A stretch of DNA of 64,000 nt from Cystobasidiomycetes sp. EMM_F5 (Eukaryota): contig JBPGPT010000011.1 in NCBI GenBank assembly GCA_051047955.1, positions 248,001 through 312,000 on the forward strand, written 5' to 3'. Position numbers and translations under genes: made by a program. Under the pieces are notes generated by a model. It was not told where the DNA came from. It saw only the letters and a list, made by a program, of their open reading frames with translations, and made no database searches. Below, piece by piece: positions 48,408 to 59,597 of this stretch. Position 1 is the first letter of the stretch; every line of letters starts with the position of its first letter.

Positions 48408-50805
48408 ATGGCAGACGGATATCGACGAGCGGGAAACGGGGAGCACGCCAATATCAGCACACCACGGCGAGTAAACGATAGTAGCAGCCATACACTGCAC
48501 CACTCTCGTTCCCGCTCTCCAAAACTCCGCTCTGACTCACCCTCCGCAGCCACTGCGATTGTGACCGGACTCGGTTTACCCTCACTACGACACTCTTCGC
48601 ACACCCCATCGTCTGCGACAACAACAAACACTTCCTCGTCGGAGTCACCCGCTTCGTCCATCCTACGCTCAGCTAGACTACGAGACCTGGCGAACACATC
48701 CAGCGCGTCGGCCTGCAATTCCAGCGGCGATGAGGGAGAGAATGGCGATTATGAATCCTTCCCAACCGGATCGGCATCCACGAGCAATCTTATCGGAAGC
48801 AGGACAAGTCGGTATGCCAACGATCGCCGGAGTATGGCTGCAGACTCTGCGAGTTTGTACGGTGAAACGGCGACCGGACGTACAGGATCCCTCGCGTCAT
48901 CTAGCAGGGCATTCCCTTCATCATCGCCCACTACAATGCCGAGCGTACTCGGAACAACTCTACCTTCCCTAACATCTACATCAGCCTCGGGTGCTGCTTC
49001 ATCGTCAGAGACAACCAGAACAAGGACAAGACACTACACAACCCCAATACAAGCTGGTATCCTTACCGAAGAACTTCGAAAGAACCCGTTCCCCACGAGC
49101 GAAAGGAGGGCGGAACTGTCTGAGCTCGTGGGAATGTCGCCTAGAAGGTGAGTCGAGCATAGTGCCTGATAGATGAAGGACCAGAGGCTCAAATACACTC
49201 ATTGCCGTGTTTGCCGTTTACCGGTCATACTGTACTTTCTTTCGTCTATGGACACATAGAGTACAAGTATGGGTGAGTCGCTTCACTTGTCGCATTTATA
49301 TCCAGCGTATCGATACTGATGCTTTGCGTGCTGTTCTCCGTACCATTTTCCCAACTCCTTCTCTTCACATATGCCAGTTTCAAAATAGACGACAAGCAGA
49401 ACGGATGACCCGTGGAAGACGGCCCGGAGACGGCTCAGGCGGTCCTAGTGGTGCGACTATGCCTGAAGCACTGCTTCCGCCACTCGGACCGCTCGTTCTC
49501 CCTCTGTCATCGTCGACTGGTTCGACAAGCTACAGACCTCTTCGCCGCTCTAGCAGCAGCAGCAGCATGCTTCCGTCATCCAATCCATTCGCTTCGTCCA
49601 GTTCCTTATTACCGCCTCTTGCTCCCCTTCCTCCGCTTGGACGAAGTCTGCAAAGAAGTACGCCCAGCTCACTGCTACAGCCTCGTCCGTCTGCTCGTCT
49701 ATCATCGATGGACAGCTCTTCATCAAGCGGAGCAAGTAGTGAACTAGGTAGTGGCATTTCGACTCCGCTCGCTAGAAATTTCGCACCAAACATCCCGCCC
49801 TCGTCGTCAAGATACGTGTCGCATTCACGAACACCTTCTTTTCTGTCAACGTACGGTTCCGATCCACTAAACTATCACGATCTTGGATACGGCTCGTCGC
49901 TGCCGAGACCCGCATCACCCATGTTCAGTAATTCGCTAAGTGGTCCTTCTTTGTCCAGCTCGTCAAACTCTAGATCTCGCCGTCCGGCAGGACTAGACGG
50001 ATCTTATTCATCTTCATCAAACGTCGCATTCCCTACTGCTCCCATCGGATCTTCATCGACAAGTCTCCGAGGAGACAGTTTCTCACATGTACCGAGCGGC
50101 AGTGCCTATTCGGCAGACTCGTATGCTAGCACATCGACGTTAGGGACGAGACGACATCGAACCAGTTCTGTTCGTCTTCCACCTCTTCGGGATGCTTTGG
50201 CTCAATCTCGACCAGGCTTACCCGATACGCTCAACTATCCTATTCCCGGGCTTGATTATCCGGATTTTGGAGGATCATTGTATTCCTCGAGAGGTGCAGG
50301 TACGCCGACGGGAAGCAGGTCACGGACAGTCTCGTTTGCCATGCCCAGTACTTCCCGAAGCAGTATATACGACGATACCAGCGGACTGGGAACAGGTTTA
50401 AGTTTGGGTTTAGGAGATCTGTCGACAACGCGAAGCAGGCTCAATTCGACAGTCATGCAGTATTCTCCACCTCTCGTTTCCGCATCTTATGATCTGCCTG
50501 ATTTCAGTTCAAGCGCGCGAAGTAGGACGAGGTCAAGTATGCATACATCTCCCCCATTACCGTCGACTTCAAGCATGCAATACTCTCCGCCACGCAGATC
50601 GCAAGGGACATCTTCGCATCATCGATATAGCAGCTCTCTGTTCGGAGCCCATGAATGGGATGTATCGTCCTCCACGGGGAGGCCCACCGGATCGGGAGGG
50701 TACGATCATGGCGACGAGGATGGGTATAGAGTGCCTCGAACACCCAGGATGTCTATGGATTTGTCATCGAGACCAATGTCCCCGACCTTCCCACCGTCAA
50801 GATGA
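48408..50805 (+). CDS. Homeodomain transcription factor (Yox1/Yhp1-like), Ser-rich
   Basis: RTRHYTTPIQAGILTEELRKNPFPTSERRAELSELVGMSPR|RVQVW|FQNRRQ, assembled via a 13-nt exon (49260-49272). Confidence 0.88.
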
Positions 50806-51309
50806 CATGGGCATGTCGAGGTCGTGCAAGTGTCCTGATTTGCTGTGGGTGATGTCCGATACACGATGTAGATACGCTTGATGCATTCACTCACGGAGTA
50901 TGTTACCGCCCCACATATATTTCTTGTTAATGATCAGCACCTGCGGCATGAATCGTATCTGCTGATTCGCATACTTCTCTGTAAATAAGTGCAGCGGCCG
51001 CGGCCAAGTATTGCATTCAGCCACTTGTAAATCGTGAGGTTGAACAGCACACGGATGTTGCGTAGTGCAATCCCTTTGGACAACTTTGTCAATGCAGCTC
51101 TGGTCAACTTCAGCTGTTGTCTCAGACCTCCTTTGTGTACGATTCTTTGTGTATAATGATTTCGAGATTGTCAGTGCTGGGTCTGTGGTGCAGGTGTGCT
51201 TGAATTGTGAATGACTCTCCTTCGAAGGATAGAGCCTTCGAGCTAAGATGCTAATGGATACAGACGTTGTTCTGTAAAGACTGTCTGATTCGTGTGAGAA
51301 GGCCAACAT

Positions 51310-51992
51310 TCATACAGCTGCCTTGACCTTTTGCTCGAGCTGCTTCTGCGGAATCTTTGCGAGGTCGCTTGAGCCTGCAGTGTATGAATGCACAATCAGG
51401 AGCGGTTCTGCCCACACGAGCTGGACACTCCTCACCTCCAATAAACTCCTTCTGAATCCATACGCTTGGGACTGTTCGCTGACCGGTGGTAGACTCGAGG
51501 TAGTCCTGGATTGCGCTACCTTCTGCACCCATCTCGTCGAGCTCGAGGATACCGACTTCGCCGTCTGGCAGGCCCAAACCCTTGATCATGTTCTTCGCTT
51601 TTGTGCAGCTGCGGACGTGAGCATGTCAGGGTCTGATGTGTAATCTCTTGCTTTATGGCACGGGCGTACTATGGGCAGTATGATCTACAAGGCGTTTTAA
51701 ATTATTAATCAGCTACTCGCCCACGACCTCACCTTCCCGCTGGCTCACTTTGAGAAGATTGCTACGCCGTGGTCATTGATGAGTTTCTGCACAAAGTGAC
51801 CGATATATTCAGCCTGTGCTGTGGATACTGCGCCGACACTCTATGACGACTCACCTCGACTTGCTGCTTTGCGGCCGACGAGGAAGAAGACGACATTGTT
51901 CTAAATAAGCGCAGAGCTGGGCGGTGTGCTGCTGATGTGGTGATGCCTTTTAATGCTGATGTTTGTATTCTGGCAACGAGTAACCTGTTCAT
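51310..51992 (-). CDS. Dithiol glutaredoxin
   Basis: Spliced FSKSYCPYCTKAK, GQRTVPSVWI, IGGSSDL; multiple short exons; two in-frame ATGs (51992, 51896). Confidence 0.92.
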
Positions 51993-52684
51993 ACGCAAAC
52001 TACTCCTGCTGCAGGCATCGCGTCATGTCATTGTGTTAATTCAGCAACGCCGCGGGCCGCAATTTCCGAGTGGCTGCTAGCTGTACATGCAGCTGCATTA
52101 GTGCACATCAAGCAGCTCGACGATGTGCAGTCCCAGCAGCTGCAGACCTCACAGTATACACGGACGGCCTTGTATCTGGGAAAGTGCAAAGCGCGAGAAT
52201 TCTTCCGAAAGGAATTGCAGCCGCAGGCTTTCTCCGCTTGCGGTTCCAATGCTACAACTACACACAAACACTTCTCCAGCATGATCTCCTACTATACACC
52301 TAGTAAAAGTCGAAAGGCAAGGGATTGTTACGGTCCCCGACCCTCCTCCTTTATAAAAGAGGATAATAACGCCTTCGAAATGAGTGCGGGGTAGGAGCCC
52401 GTGGGTAGTCGTAAAGAAGGCCGAAACAACAAGTCAAACGCAGGGAGCACACGGCAGTAATGCTGCGCAAATTGACCAGACCAAATCAGCAGAGAAATCG
52501 CCCAGATGCGACTTACAACGTGGAGACATGGGCACTGTAGTAGAGATTGAGGCATCGTAGTGTTCAGCTAAGGCAGACAACTATATGAAACTGAAACAGC
52601 ATACACATAACGAAGCCTGAATGATCGGAAACGCTGCGGGCACTGCGAGGGTGCAATTTGAGCAATTGCTAGCTTGCGGTTGCA

Positions 52685-53691
52685 TCAATCTGGAATGGGT
52701 ATTGCATTGTTGTGTAAGGCCTGCCAGTATCTAGCATTCTTGGCTTCGATGAGATCTGGTCAAAGAGTCTCGTTATATGAGGCTTTGACCTTGATCGAGT
52801 GAGGAAGGTCAACCCACCGATGTGCTTCATGCACTGCGCAATCCTCGCTTCTTTTTCCGCTAGGAGGCGAGGGTAATCAGGAGATTCTGTCAGAAGCTGA
52901 TGTTGCGCGCTAGAGTCCACAGTACCCGCATTGCTTGCTGAGTGTGGCTTGACTGGTATTGAGACCTGGGCGGGAAATGTTGACGTTGACGCTGTCGTTG
53001 TGGAAGAGCCAGAAGTAGCATTTGCGGCTTGCGACTGGGCGAGTCTTGCTTCCCTCTCCAGCAAGTCTTGCTCACGTCGCACGAGCTCTTGCTCCTTCTC
53101 CTGATATTGTGTCAACAGCTTTTCTTTGTCCTCCAATTCCTTCGTTCTCTCCTCTTTACGTTTTCGGAACGCCTGTTGAGCTGTTCTGTTCTGTGCAGCT
53201 CGTTTCGTCTGTTTCAAGTACCTCCCATTGCCTCCCTTCTCTTCTGCAGCGTACGGTACTCGCGAATCTTCACCTTCACCTGTTCCTGTTGTTTCGCCAG
53301 CAGGTTGACCGTTTGTGGCCAAGCTCCCAATCGCTTCGCCGTCTCCATCATCCAACGTTACAAACTCGTCGAAAGCTCGCTTGACGCCGCCAGACATACT
53401 GCTGTACATAGTGTTTGACGTTGATGGGGTAGGCACGCTATGCAAGTCCGCATTCGCGGTGTGCAATTCTGGCCTGACCGAATGCGACAAAGGCGATGCT
53501 TGACTCAAAGTCTGTATCTCTGAGGAATAGCTGTTATTTGCAGCCGCAATAGATGAAAGTGGAGGGAGTGTTGTTCGATAATTGTTTGCCGAATTGGTCA
53601 CATTGAGATTATGGTTGTTGTAAGCGGAAGACTGCCCGTTGCTATTTGACATGTAGTCGGGAGGAGGAGGGAGAGGTCGTGGAGCGTTCAT
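52685..53691 (-). CDS. bZIP transcription factor (Yap-like basic region)
   Basis: TKRAAQNRTAQQAFRKRKEERTKELE followed by a heptad coil; probable final intron. Confidence 0.88.
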
Positions 53692-54570
53692 CGTGTGCAC
53701 CCTCTACGAAAGTACTCTTGAGTATTGTAGGATTTCCGACAATATGCAACAACGGCCAACCACAGAGCTTTCCGCTTTGCCGCCTTGCCGGTGGGAACAA
53801 TGCAATTGCGAAACCAGCTATGGACAAGCGAATGTCACTGGTCGTTCAGATAGATGAATCGCGTGATTCGTTATTTGTTGCTTCTTGGTGGGCTCGACGG
53901 CATTCAGCTTACCGAATGTAGAAACGCGTAGACGCGGCGGGGACACTTGTAGACTTGCTCGAGAAGTCTTGTTGCGCGCTTGCAACGAAAGAATGAATGG
54001 CTCCTTGTGTGAATGTTGATGACGAGCTCTTTGAGCCAGGGAGGGCGTTTGCGATCCGCAATTGAGGCTTCCGGAATGCGAAGTACCAGCACGCTAGTCT
54101 CGCAGCGTGATATATTTTGCAGCCAGTCTACGCAGAAGCTTGCTCAGAGTATCAAGGACAGTGGGGCATCGTTTTGGCCGGAGTGCAAGCCAGATGACTA
54201 ATATGGATGGATGACTAATTTGACAGGAACTCGGCACACTCAGGAAATGCAGTCAGGTTTGAAATAAAGATCCATTCCTCGCTTGGTACTGCGATATGCT
54301 GAGAGCCATAAAAGTGTATGCTGAGTGTGCGAAGATGATTTTGCAACATTCAGACTAGGCTCGAGCTCGGTATAATACTCATTTAATTATGTTGAATACA
54401 GCGATGCTTTGTACAAGACTATAGCTAGAGGTGCAGATTACTCTGCCTGATGTGATTGTGATTAATGCGAGTGTCCATAAGTCTGCCTAGCTATCTAGAT
54501 CTGCATGCGGTTCCAAATTCCGCCCAATAGTCTTCGGAAGATGTGACCAATTTATGCGTCCGTACTAGAT

Positions 54571-55917
54571 TCAGACAGTGCGAGTGACTGTGATTGGCGA
54601 AGGTGTGATTGTGACAACTCCAGAGACTGTCGAGTTGATATTGGCGGTCACGGTAGGTCCCTGAGTAAGGACTGTCGAGGTTCTATTGACTGTGCTGTAA
54701 GTGGTGGAGGGGTAGGTGACGGTTGAGACTGGGATCGGGACAGTCTGAGCAGGGATTGTGAGGGTGTATGTATTTCCGTTCTGCACGACCTGTGTAGTCT
54801 GGGCAGGGAAGACGATAGCGTTTGGCAGGCTGGAAGGAACGACGACGACGGATGTAGTGTAGGGTTGTAGCAAGGTTGTTCCGGAATATGTGGTAGCGCT
54901 TCCACTAACGACAGCGACACCGCTTGACGAGGTCAAAGTAACAGGAATGGTTGCGGTCATTGCTGGAATCGTGACCACAGTGAATGGGAAGCGAGTGACG
55001 TTGACGGAAACGATGGTACTAGCAAGTGTCGTCGTAACGTTTCGAGAGATTGTGGAGACCTGCGTGACTGTCGAGTTGCTGAAAACGGTGGTAGTCGTGT
55101 TGGCACTGCTGGAGCTCGAGCTGCTGGAGCTGGTAGTGGTGACATTGGCAGGACGAGTTGTGGGAGTGATAGTCGAGACGGTGCTAGTAGAGTTCAGCGG
55201 TGCTCCACCTGTTACCGTCGCCTGTCGTCTCAGACGGCTTGCTGCTGAAGACGATACTGGGGCTGACGAGGCAGAGCTAGATGCAGACGACGAGGGAGGA
55301 GCCGAGGAAGAGGATGAGCTGACAGGTCTTGACGACGTAGTTGGCGGGAGCGTGGTGGTGACTGTGACTGTGGCGGGTGGAAGAGTGGTTGTCTGGAATT
55401 GGGTGACTGTCTGCGTCTGATTGACAGTGACCGTGGGACTGGCCGTGGAGATTGTAACATTTGCGGTAACGTTGACCGGCACAGCAGACGGAATATATAC
55501 GAAGCTCTCGGGAACAGTCAGAGTCTGTGCCGAGAGAGTCAAGGCAACCTGACTGCCGCCCGCGCTGATAGTGGTCGGTCTAGCGGGTATGACGACTGCA
55601 ATGGAGGTAGGAGGCTGTGTGGAAGTAGATGTGGTTGTATCTATTCCCTGTGTGACCGTGGTACCTCCATAAGTGGATACCCTTCCGAAAGTCACTGGGG
55701 AAACAGTGGCCACCGTGAATGGCGCTGTTGTGGTAGTGACCGTCGTAGTGAGATTCACAGTAGTCTGCGTTGCCAAAACTGTCACATTGGCTTGTACGGT
55801 AGTGGTGGTTCCTATCGTAGTGAGGACTCGCTTCCAGGGAAGGAGAGCAGCGCTAGCTGACTCGCCTCCGAGGAGAGCAAGCGCTGCGACGAGACTGACA
55901 GATGAAGAGGTGCGCAT
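54571..55917 (-). CDS. Secreted Thr/Val/Ser-rich protein with internal two-fold repeat, intronless
   Basis: Signal peptide MRTSSSVSLVAALALLGG, dibasic sites WKR and RLRR, two related halves (PFTVxT..TYxGTT..PAxxT..xLTxxAQT..P.S..xPS..PTVTxN). Confidence 0.85.
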   Translation of the reverse strand: MRTSSSVSLVAALALLGGESASAALLPWKRVLTTIGTTTTVQANVTVLATQTTVNLTTTVTTTTAPFTVATVSPVTFGRVSTYGGTTVTQGIDTTTSTSTQPPTSIAVVIPARPTTISAGGSQVALTLSAQTLTVPESFVYIPSAVPVNVTANVTISTASPTVTVNQTQTVTQFQTTTLPPATVTVTTTLPPTTSSRPVSSSSSSAPPSSSASSSASSAPVSSSAASRLRRQATVTGGAPLNSTSTVSTITPTTRPANVTTTSSSSSSSSSANTTTTVFSNSTVTQVSTISRNVTTTLASTIVSVNVTRFPFTVVTIPAMTATIPVTLTSSSGVAVVSGSATTYSGTTLLQPYTTSVVVVPSSLPNAIVFPAQTTQVVQNGNTYTLTIPAQTVPIPVSTVTYPSTTYSTVNRTSTVLTQGPTVTANINSTVSGVVTITPSPITVTRTV

Positions 55918-56326
55918 ACTTGTCTATTGTACGATTTTTGCTGGAGAACCTGGAGAAAGTGGCGCTTGTGCCTGGGCACTTGGCTCCAAATCGCAAAAGG
56001 GCACCGAGACGGGCGGAGACCTGCGAGCTTCTAATCAGTGGTAAGTAGAAGGGCAAGCTGTAAGAGATGCAACGTTAGGGAATGTCAGCGAAGGAAATCG
56101 AACACTGCCTTGGGAGCTTTTTGGGCATAGCCTGTCCCGTCTCCGGGGCCGCGTGGCAAATCGTCCGCCTTTGGAAAGAGGACGCGTACAATGGAAGGGA
56201 CAAACGTCCCGTTGCGGAGACAATTAAGCGAACACTGCAGAGTACATTGGACGCGACTACTTTACACAGCACACAAGATGCTTATGCATATTCGACACTG
56301 CCTGATGACTAACGACGCCCATCCCT

Positions 56327-58917
56327 TTACATCAGTCTATCCGGCTGATGAGGCAGACGCCTCAACAGACCAGCTTGCCTATTCCGGGCTTCCTCCAGGC
56401 CACCTTGTAGTAACCCAACAACCCACGCTCGGACCTTGTTCCACCGAGCGTAAGTATCGGCAGCTATCTCCACCATCCCGAGACCGCGATACCAGATCTC
56501 AAAGTGGAACCACGTTGTCACTTGCGACTTCCATAGCGAAAGACCTCTCAGACCAGATGTCGGGAGACGGAGCTTCTCCATGTCATCGATATAGGCTGCC
56601 AAGGCGCAATACCGGGCAACGATGATCCATATCCGCCATACTGGATGTGACGGGTTGAGGGATTTGTCTAAAGACCGAGTAAGATCGCTAAGATGGACAC
56701 CGCTCAGTATCCTTACTTCTCTGTAACAGATCAGACCTACTTGATTTTGAGCACCATGAGCAGACGTCGCGGGACTCTTCTCAGCAATTCGAAAATACTA
56801 GATATGATGCCTTCTTGCATAAATGCATTCCGCATTCGCTGTGCATCCTCCTTCGACTGCGTTGCGAGTCCCATCAGACTACCGTCCAGCTGACCCTTCA
56901 GCCCGCCTTCCTGCTCTTCCTCCTCGCTTAGGCCGGCTCGGCCAGTGATGGCTGCTTCGAATATCGGAAAGAGGTCCGGTCCGATGTTACCGACCAGTTC
57001 AGCATACTTGCGTCGGTCAGCATCGACCTTTTCTGTCTTTGGCGCCAGCAGCGACAGCCACAATCGGGCATAATTTGTCCGTAGCGCTTTGGAGATATCA
57101 AACCATAGTCCGTGATCTAGAAGAACAATCTCGAAGTTGTACGGTGAGCGCGACTTGAGACGTTTTGATAATGTAAGGGGTCGAATCAGCAGGTTGCCAG
57201 CATGTGGGTCGCCATGAAAGCAACCATCTATGAAGAGCATTCGGGAGAAAATGCGCGAGATCTCACAAGATACGGCATCTATTCAAGCACAGCATCAGCG
57301 GCGAAACGAAGGAGAAAGAAGTGTCTCAACCCACTTCTATCAATATTATGTCGAGCAAGATATTCCAAATCGTCGACTCTTCCGCCCTCAATAAATTCCA
57401 TGACGAGTATTCGTTCCTGACTCCACAGGATGTCTGGGACGACAAGCGATGTCTTTCTCAGCTTTGCAAAATTGGCCTGGCAATGCTTCGAGTTTGCCGC
57501 TTCGTGACGAAAGTCCATTTCTAGCGGAAGGCTGTGTGGTGAAATGTCAGCGTCTTTTGCCTTGTAGTGTATTCTGACTTCTGACAACCGTCACACGAGC
57601 GGTGTGTCATACGCTGAGATCGCAGTTGTACGAAGTCAAGATACCGTAAAAGGCAAAGAACTGACTTCTGCTCCATCTCCTCTCCCAGCCAAGTGAACTC
57701 GAATGTGGGAAAGCAGAACTTGACTACTTTCAGGAAGAAAGAGCTTACAGTGGAATAGTCATTAGCCTTTTGACTCAGCCGTGAACGCCCGCCTCTAACT
57801 CACACCGACTTCATGTCGAGCATTGAAAACTCTTGCAGGTCGGGATGCATGATTTTGACGGCTACTTTGCGGCCAGACAGCTTGTCAATGGCTATATGGA
57901 CTTGGGCAAGAGAAGCCACGCCGATAGGAACTGGGTCAAAGTCTGAAAAGAGCTTGTCTATCGGCTCTCCAATGTCCTTCAGAAACAGCGCTTGCACCTC
58001 GTCCATCGGGGTCGGAACGCAATGGTCCTGATAATTGATTGTTAGCCGTGCTAACATCGGTTGACAGACAACGACTGACCTGCAACGGTCGCATTGTACC
58101 CGTCCATTCCTCTGGTAGCAGCTGAACAGACGATATGTGTTGGCCAAGCTTGACGAAAATACCGCCGTTCTTCTTGAGGACGGCCAGAATCCGTTCCGCA
58201 CATCGTTCTTTCGTCACCACAACGGAATAAGCGCCGGCTGGAACGAAACGATAGTCATGTGGACGTACTATGACACGCTTTGTAGTCCATGTGCCGGACG
58301 AATGGATCGTCCCACTGTTTGCGGAATAGAATCTTGTAATCTCCAATACACAGCAAGGTAGCTTGAGCTACTCTTGCTACACGTGTTATCGCTATGCAGA
58401 AGCGACGAAATGGCGTGTCTGCCCAGTAGGCAATGACTGCTCCTACGCCTAGAAATCCGAGGACTTTGAGGGTGCGGTATCTCCGTCTCTGGCGTTTGAA
58501 AGCGCGTATCTCGTACGCCTGTGCGTGCAGAGGAGGTTCTGTCGGGGCATGGGGCAGTGCGGAGACTGTTGCGGTTGAAGCATGTCGCTTTGAACTTGGA
58601 CAGGATAATGCCGTGGATATGGCAACTTGACGCGGTGAGCTGGGCACAGAGCTGCGACGCTGAGCGTAATGGTGCACACTCCTACTCTGCTGCTGCTGAT
58701 GGTGCTCGTGTCCAAGCTTCCCCAAACATATCAGCTCTTTTTGCAACCCCGTTGACGCCGTCAGTGATGCGATATTGGGAGCAGCAGCAATCGCATTCGA
58801 CGACCAGCACCGACTGCTTCCGCGATGTCGCTGTTGTGGGAGTGCTGCTCGAGCATACGCTGCCTGCATACGCCGGGCTGCACTGTGCAGCTGCTGGACG
58901 CCGTTCTGCATCATCAT
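56327..58917 (-). CDS. MCP2: ABC1/UbiB atypical kinase, ADCK1/Mcp2-like
   Basis: NGGIFVKLGQH, VASLAQVH, VAVK, ILVMEFIEG, FHGDPHAGN, LLDHGL, VPRRLLMVLK; start uncertain. Confidence 0.88.
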
Positions 58918-59597
58918 TGGGTCATAGTGGGCAAAGATATTGGACGGGCAGCAACCAGGACCGATAAAGATATTGGAGGATGCTAATGATGGCAGAAAGA
59001 AGACAGCTAACATGCTTCATGTCGCAATCATGCTAATGGCGCCCCGCAATCATGCTGGCTTCTCATTCCAGCTTTCCGCGTCGTCGCAGCGCGTATATGA
59101 CGATGGTCATGGAGTCAGAAATTCGAGTCCAAGCAATTGACAGCGAGCTCGCAGTCGTGTTCGAATTCAAACACGCGTCTCATTTTGCATTACGCTGACG
59201 GGCTTGAACGGACTTGCTCGGGGAGAGGCAGGTCATGAACCCGACGGGTGGAAGTTGCATGACAAATCGACAACTCGTTCGAGCAGAGTTCTACGAGGTT
59301 CGCTAACTTCCTTCCACTTTTACTCTGCTACTCTCCTTCCAGCAAGGTAGGTCTCATTCATAACCTTGTCCAGCAAACTTTTCTCTTTCTCCCTTGCCGG
59401 CGCAGCTGGTCTGCGCAGTTCTTCAGCGACACCGCCGACCTTGGCCATCGGCACACCTTTCGCAGCTCGACACCATACGCAACTTCTTCGACTCTTGTTC
59501 ACGTCTCTATTACATCTTCTTGATTCGTCGCACGTTCTTATTCCAACTACTGCGCTCACCTGCCCCGCTCATACTCTCGGTGGCAGGACACCAGGCA

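Noticed and set aside
48408..50805. Mating-type HD2 gene
   Set aside because: No divergently transcribed HD1 partner, pheromone or receptor gene nearby; the domain looks Yox1-like.
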